The notes beneath the pieces were generated by a model, which was not told the origin of the DNA, ran no database searches, and saw only the letters and a list, made by a program, of their open reading frames with translations. 64,000 nucleotides of DNA from Eledone cirrhosa (taxonomy: Eukaryota): assembly GCA_964016885.1 (NCBI GenBank), contig OZ024740.1:328476001-328540000 (forward strand), read 5' to 3'. Shown piece by piece: positions 62,180 to 64,000 of the stretch; position 1 is the stretch's first letter; every line of letters starts with the position of its first letter. Both the position numbers and the translations under genes were made by a program.

Positions 62180-63150
62180 AAATATTGTTATACTTGGGGA
62201 GGGTCATATTTGTGTAATATTGCCAGAATTAATAACAGAACACACTCACTGTTTGGTTGGTTTTCGCTTCTCGCTTCTGTGTCTTTTATATCGGTAATCT
62301 AACTTACTCGGTCCTCAATGTTGCCATTGACTGACCGACGGTCAAAAATAATACAGATACAATATAGACACAAACACATATATATAGTTTATCATGAACC
62401 TTTCGTTGCACATCTGCAACATCGTCAGTGGTGCTATCTTTTCCTCCTGTTGTATTGTATGTCTACGCCATTTTTATTCAGTCTGTCTATATATTTATTT
62501 ATTTATTTGCTTGTTTGTTTATTTTGTTTTGTCTTCTTTGCGCATGCGTTTGCGTGTGTGTATAGTGTTTTGTTTGCTGTGTGATGGGTGACTAGTGTGT
62601 GTTTATGTGCTTGTTGTTATTGTGCTTGTGTATGTATTTATTTATTTATTTATTTATTTAATTTTATTTACTTATTTATACTTCTCTTAGGTCAGTGTTG
62701 TTTGTTTGGGTGTTGTTGTTATTCCATTCATTCTTTCTATTTAATCTTGGTCTTCTAATTTCTATTTCACTGGCCTCTCTGATTTGCCTATCTGCTGGGT
62801 AATTTCTATGTTTAGATATTATTCTAATTTCTATGTTGTCTATGTTACCGTCATGTTGTTGTCTAGCATGTTCGTATAGTACTGACCTGTTTTTTCGTCC
62901 TTTTAGTTCCCCCCAGTGTTGGTCTATCCTTTCACCTATGCTACGAGCTGTCTCACCTATGTATGTTGTTGTCATGTTTCTGCAAGTACCCTCTGTACAT
63001 CTTATGCTATAGACTACGTTTCTAGTTTTACAGTTTATCCGGGGGTTCACCTTACATATGATACATTTCCTATTAGTACAGTGGGTTTTCTTAAAAGGGT
63101 AGGTTTTGCTGATCAGGGTTTTTATGGTGGTTCCTGGCTTTTCTACCACC
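62180..63150 (-). mobile_element. PLE 3' fragment with an intact-looking GIY-YIG domain (ORF 62676-63149)
   Basis: CTNRKCIIC...NVVYSIRCTEGTCRNMTTTYIGETARSIGERIDQH...RQIREASE...LNRKNEW. Confidence 0.9.
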
Positions 63151-63156
63151 TTTATT

Positions 63157-63410
63157 AAAGAACGGGAAAAAACGAATATAATAGGTCATTATTTGGAGCG
63201 GTGAAAAACAATTACACGCAAAGACAAAACCACGTTTATGGTATAAAAGAAGTCGTAGACTAATATTCTATTAGGTGGTTCATAGAGACGTTCTCTGGCA
63301 AAGAACGGAAAAAACGAAGATAATACGTCATATGTGGAGCGTGGAGAACAATTGCACGCAAAGACAAAACCACGTAAATGGTATAACTGAAGTCGTAGAC
63401 TAAAATTCTA
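63157..63410 (+). repeat. Two diverged ~143-bp direct repeats
   Basis: aaagaacgg..acgcaaagacaaaaccacgt..gaagtcgtagacta occurs twice. Confidence 0.8.
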
Positions 63411-63659
63411 ACTAGGAAACCGAATGATTCTCGGCTTTAGAGTTAAGAATAAAGTAAATAAAATACAGAGGTAATTGAAATTAAATAAATACATACACGC
63501 ATCCATATACGTACATACACAAGCATACGTGAAAACACTCGCTGTAGGTATACACATACACGCACGTACACACAAAAAAAAAACCCGCACGCACATACAG
63601 AACCCACGCAACGCTTGTACCCGCACGCATACGAATGTATACACCAAATACACATAAAA

Positions 63660-63741
<82 letters not shown>

Positions 63742-64000
63742 ACGTGTATACATATAATTAAATAAACGTATATAAATAAATAGATAAATAAATAAATATA
63801 TATATATATATATCCGTACATATGTATATATGTAAGTATATATTAAATGTATATAATAGATAGTATGGGGTGGAGTGGAGACAGTAAATGCTTCAGAACG
63901 GGGAGGGTGTAGGAGTTTAGAGCTAATGATTTAAACACGAATTCCATATAGTTAACTTGCATTGAAATATACTAAATTCCAACTCATTACAAAATTTATT

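Overview
AT-rich, microsatellite-laden eukaryotic DNA. The SINE, Penelope and Dong/R4 repertoire suggests a cephalopod (octopus-like) genome; this is inference. I find no credible host protein-coding gene, and most listed ORFs are translations of (TA)n, (CA)n, (GA)n or (CTT)n. The window is dominated by retroelements: three RT+GIY-YIG Penelope-like element (PLE) remnants and several PLE 3' fragments, a near full-length but disabled Dong/R4-type RLE LINE with a truncated sister copy, RTE and L1/Tx1 fragments, and tRNA-derived SINEs. The most notable content is two unrelated non-coding tandem arrays, 9 x 310 bp (11.7-14.6 kb) and 11 x ~490 bp (18.1-23.6 kb). Each unit carries a minimal type I hammerhead ribozyme, normally with a palindromic stem III, so they resemble retrozymes. 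Many fold-back palindromes of PLE termini also carry hammerheads (including U3-A8 and long-stem-II variants), several share a terminal hairpin, and nearly all sit in (TA)n. All ribozyme calls come from reading and pairing the sequence by eye; no activity data or database searches were available.
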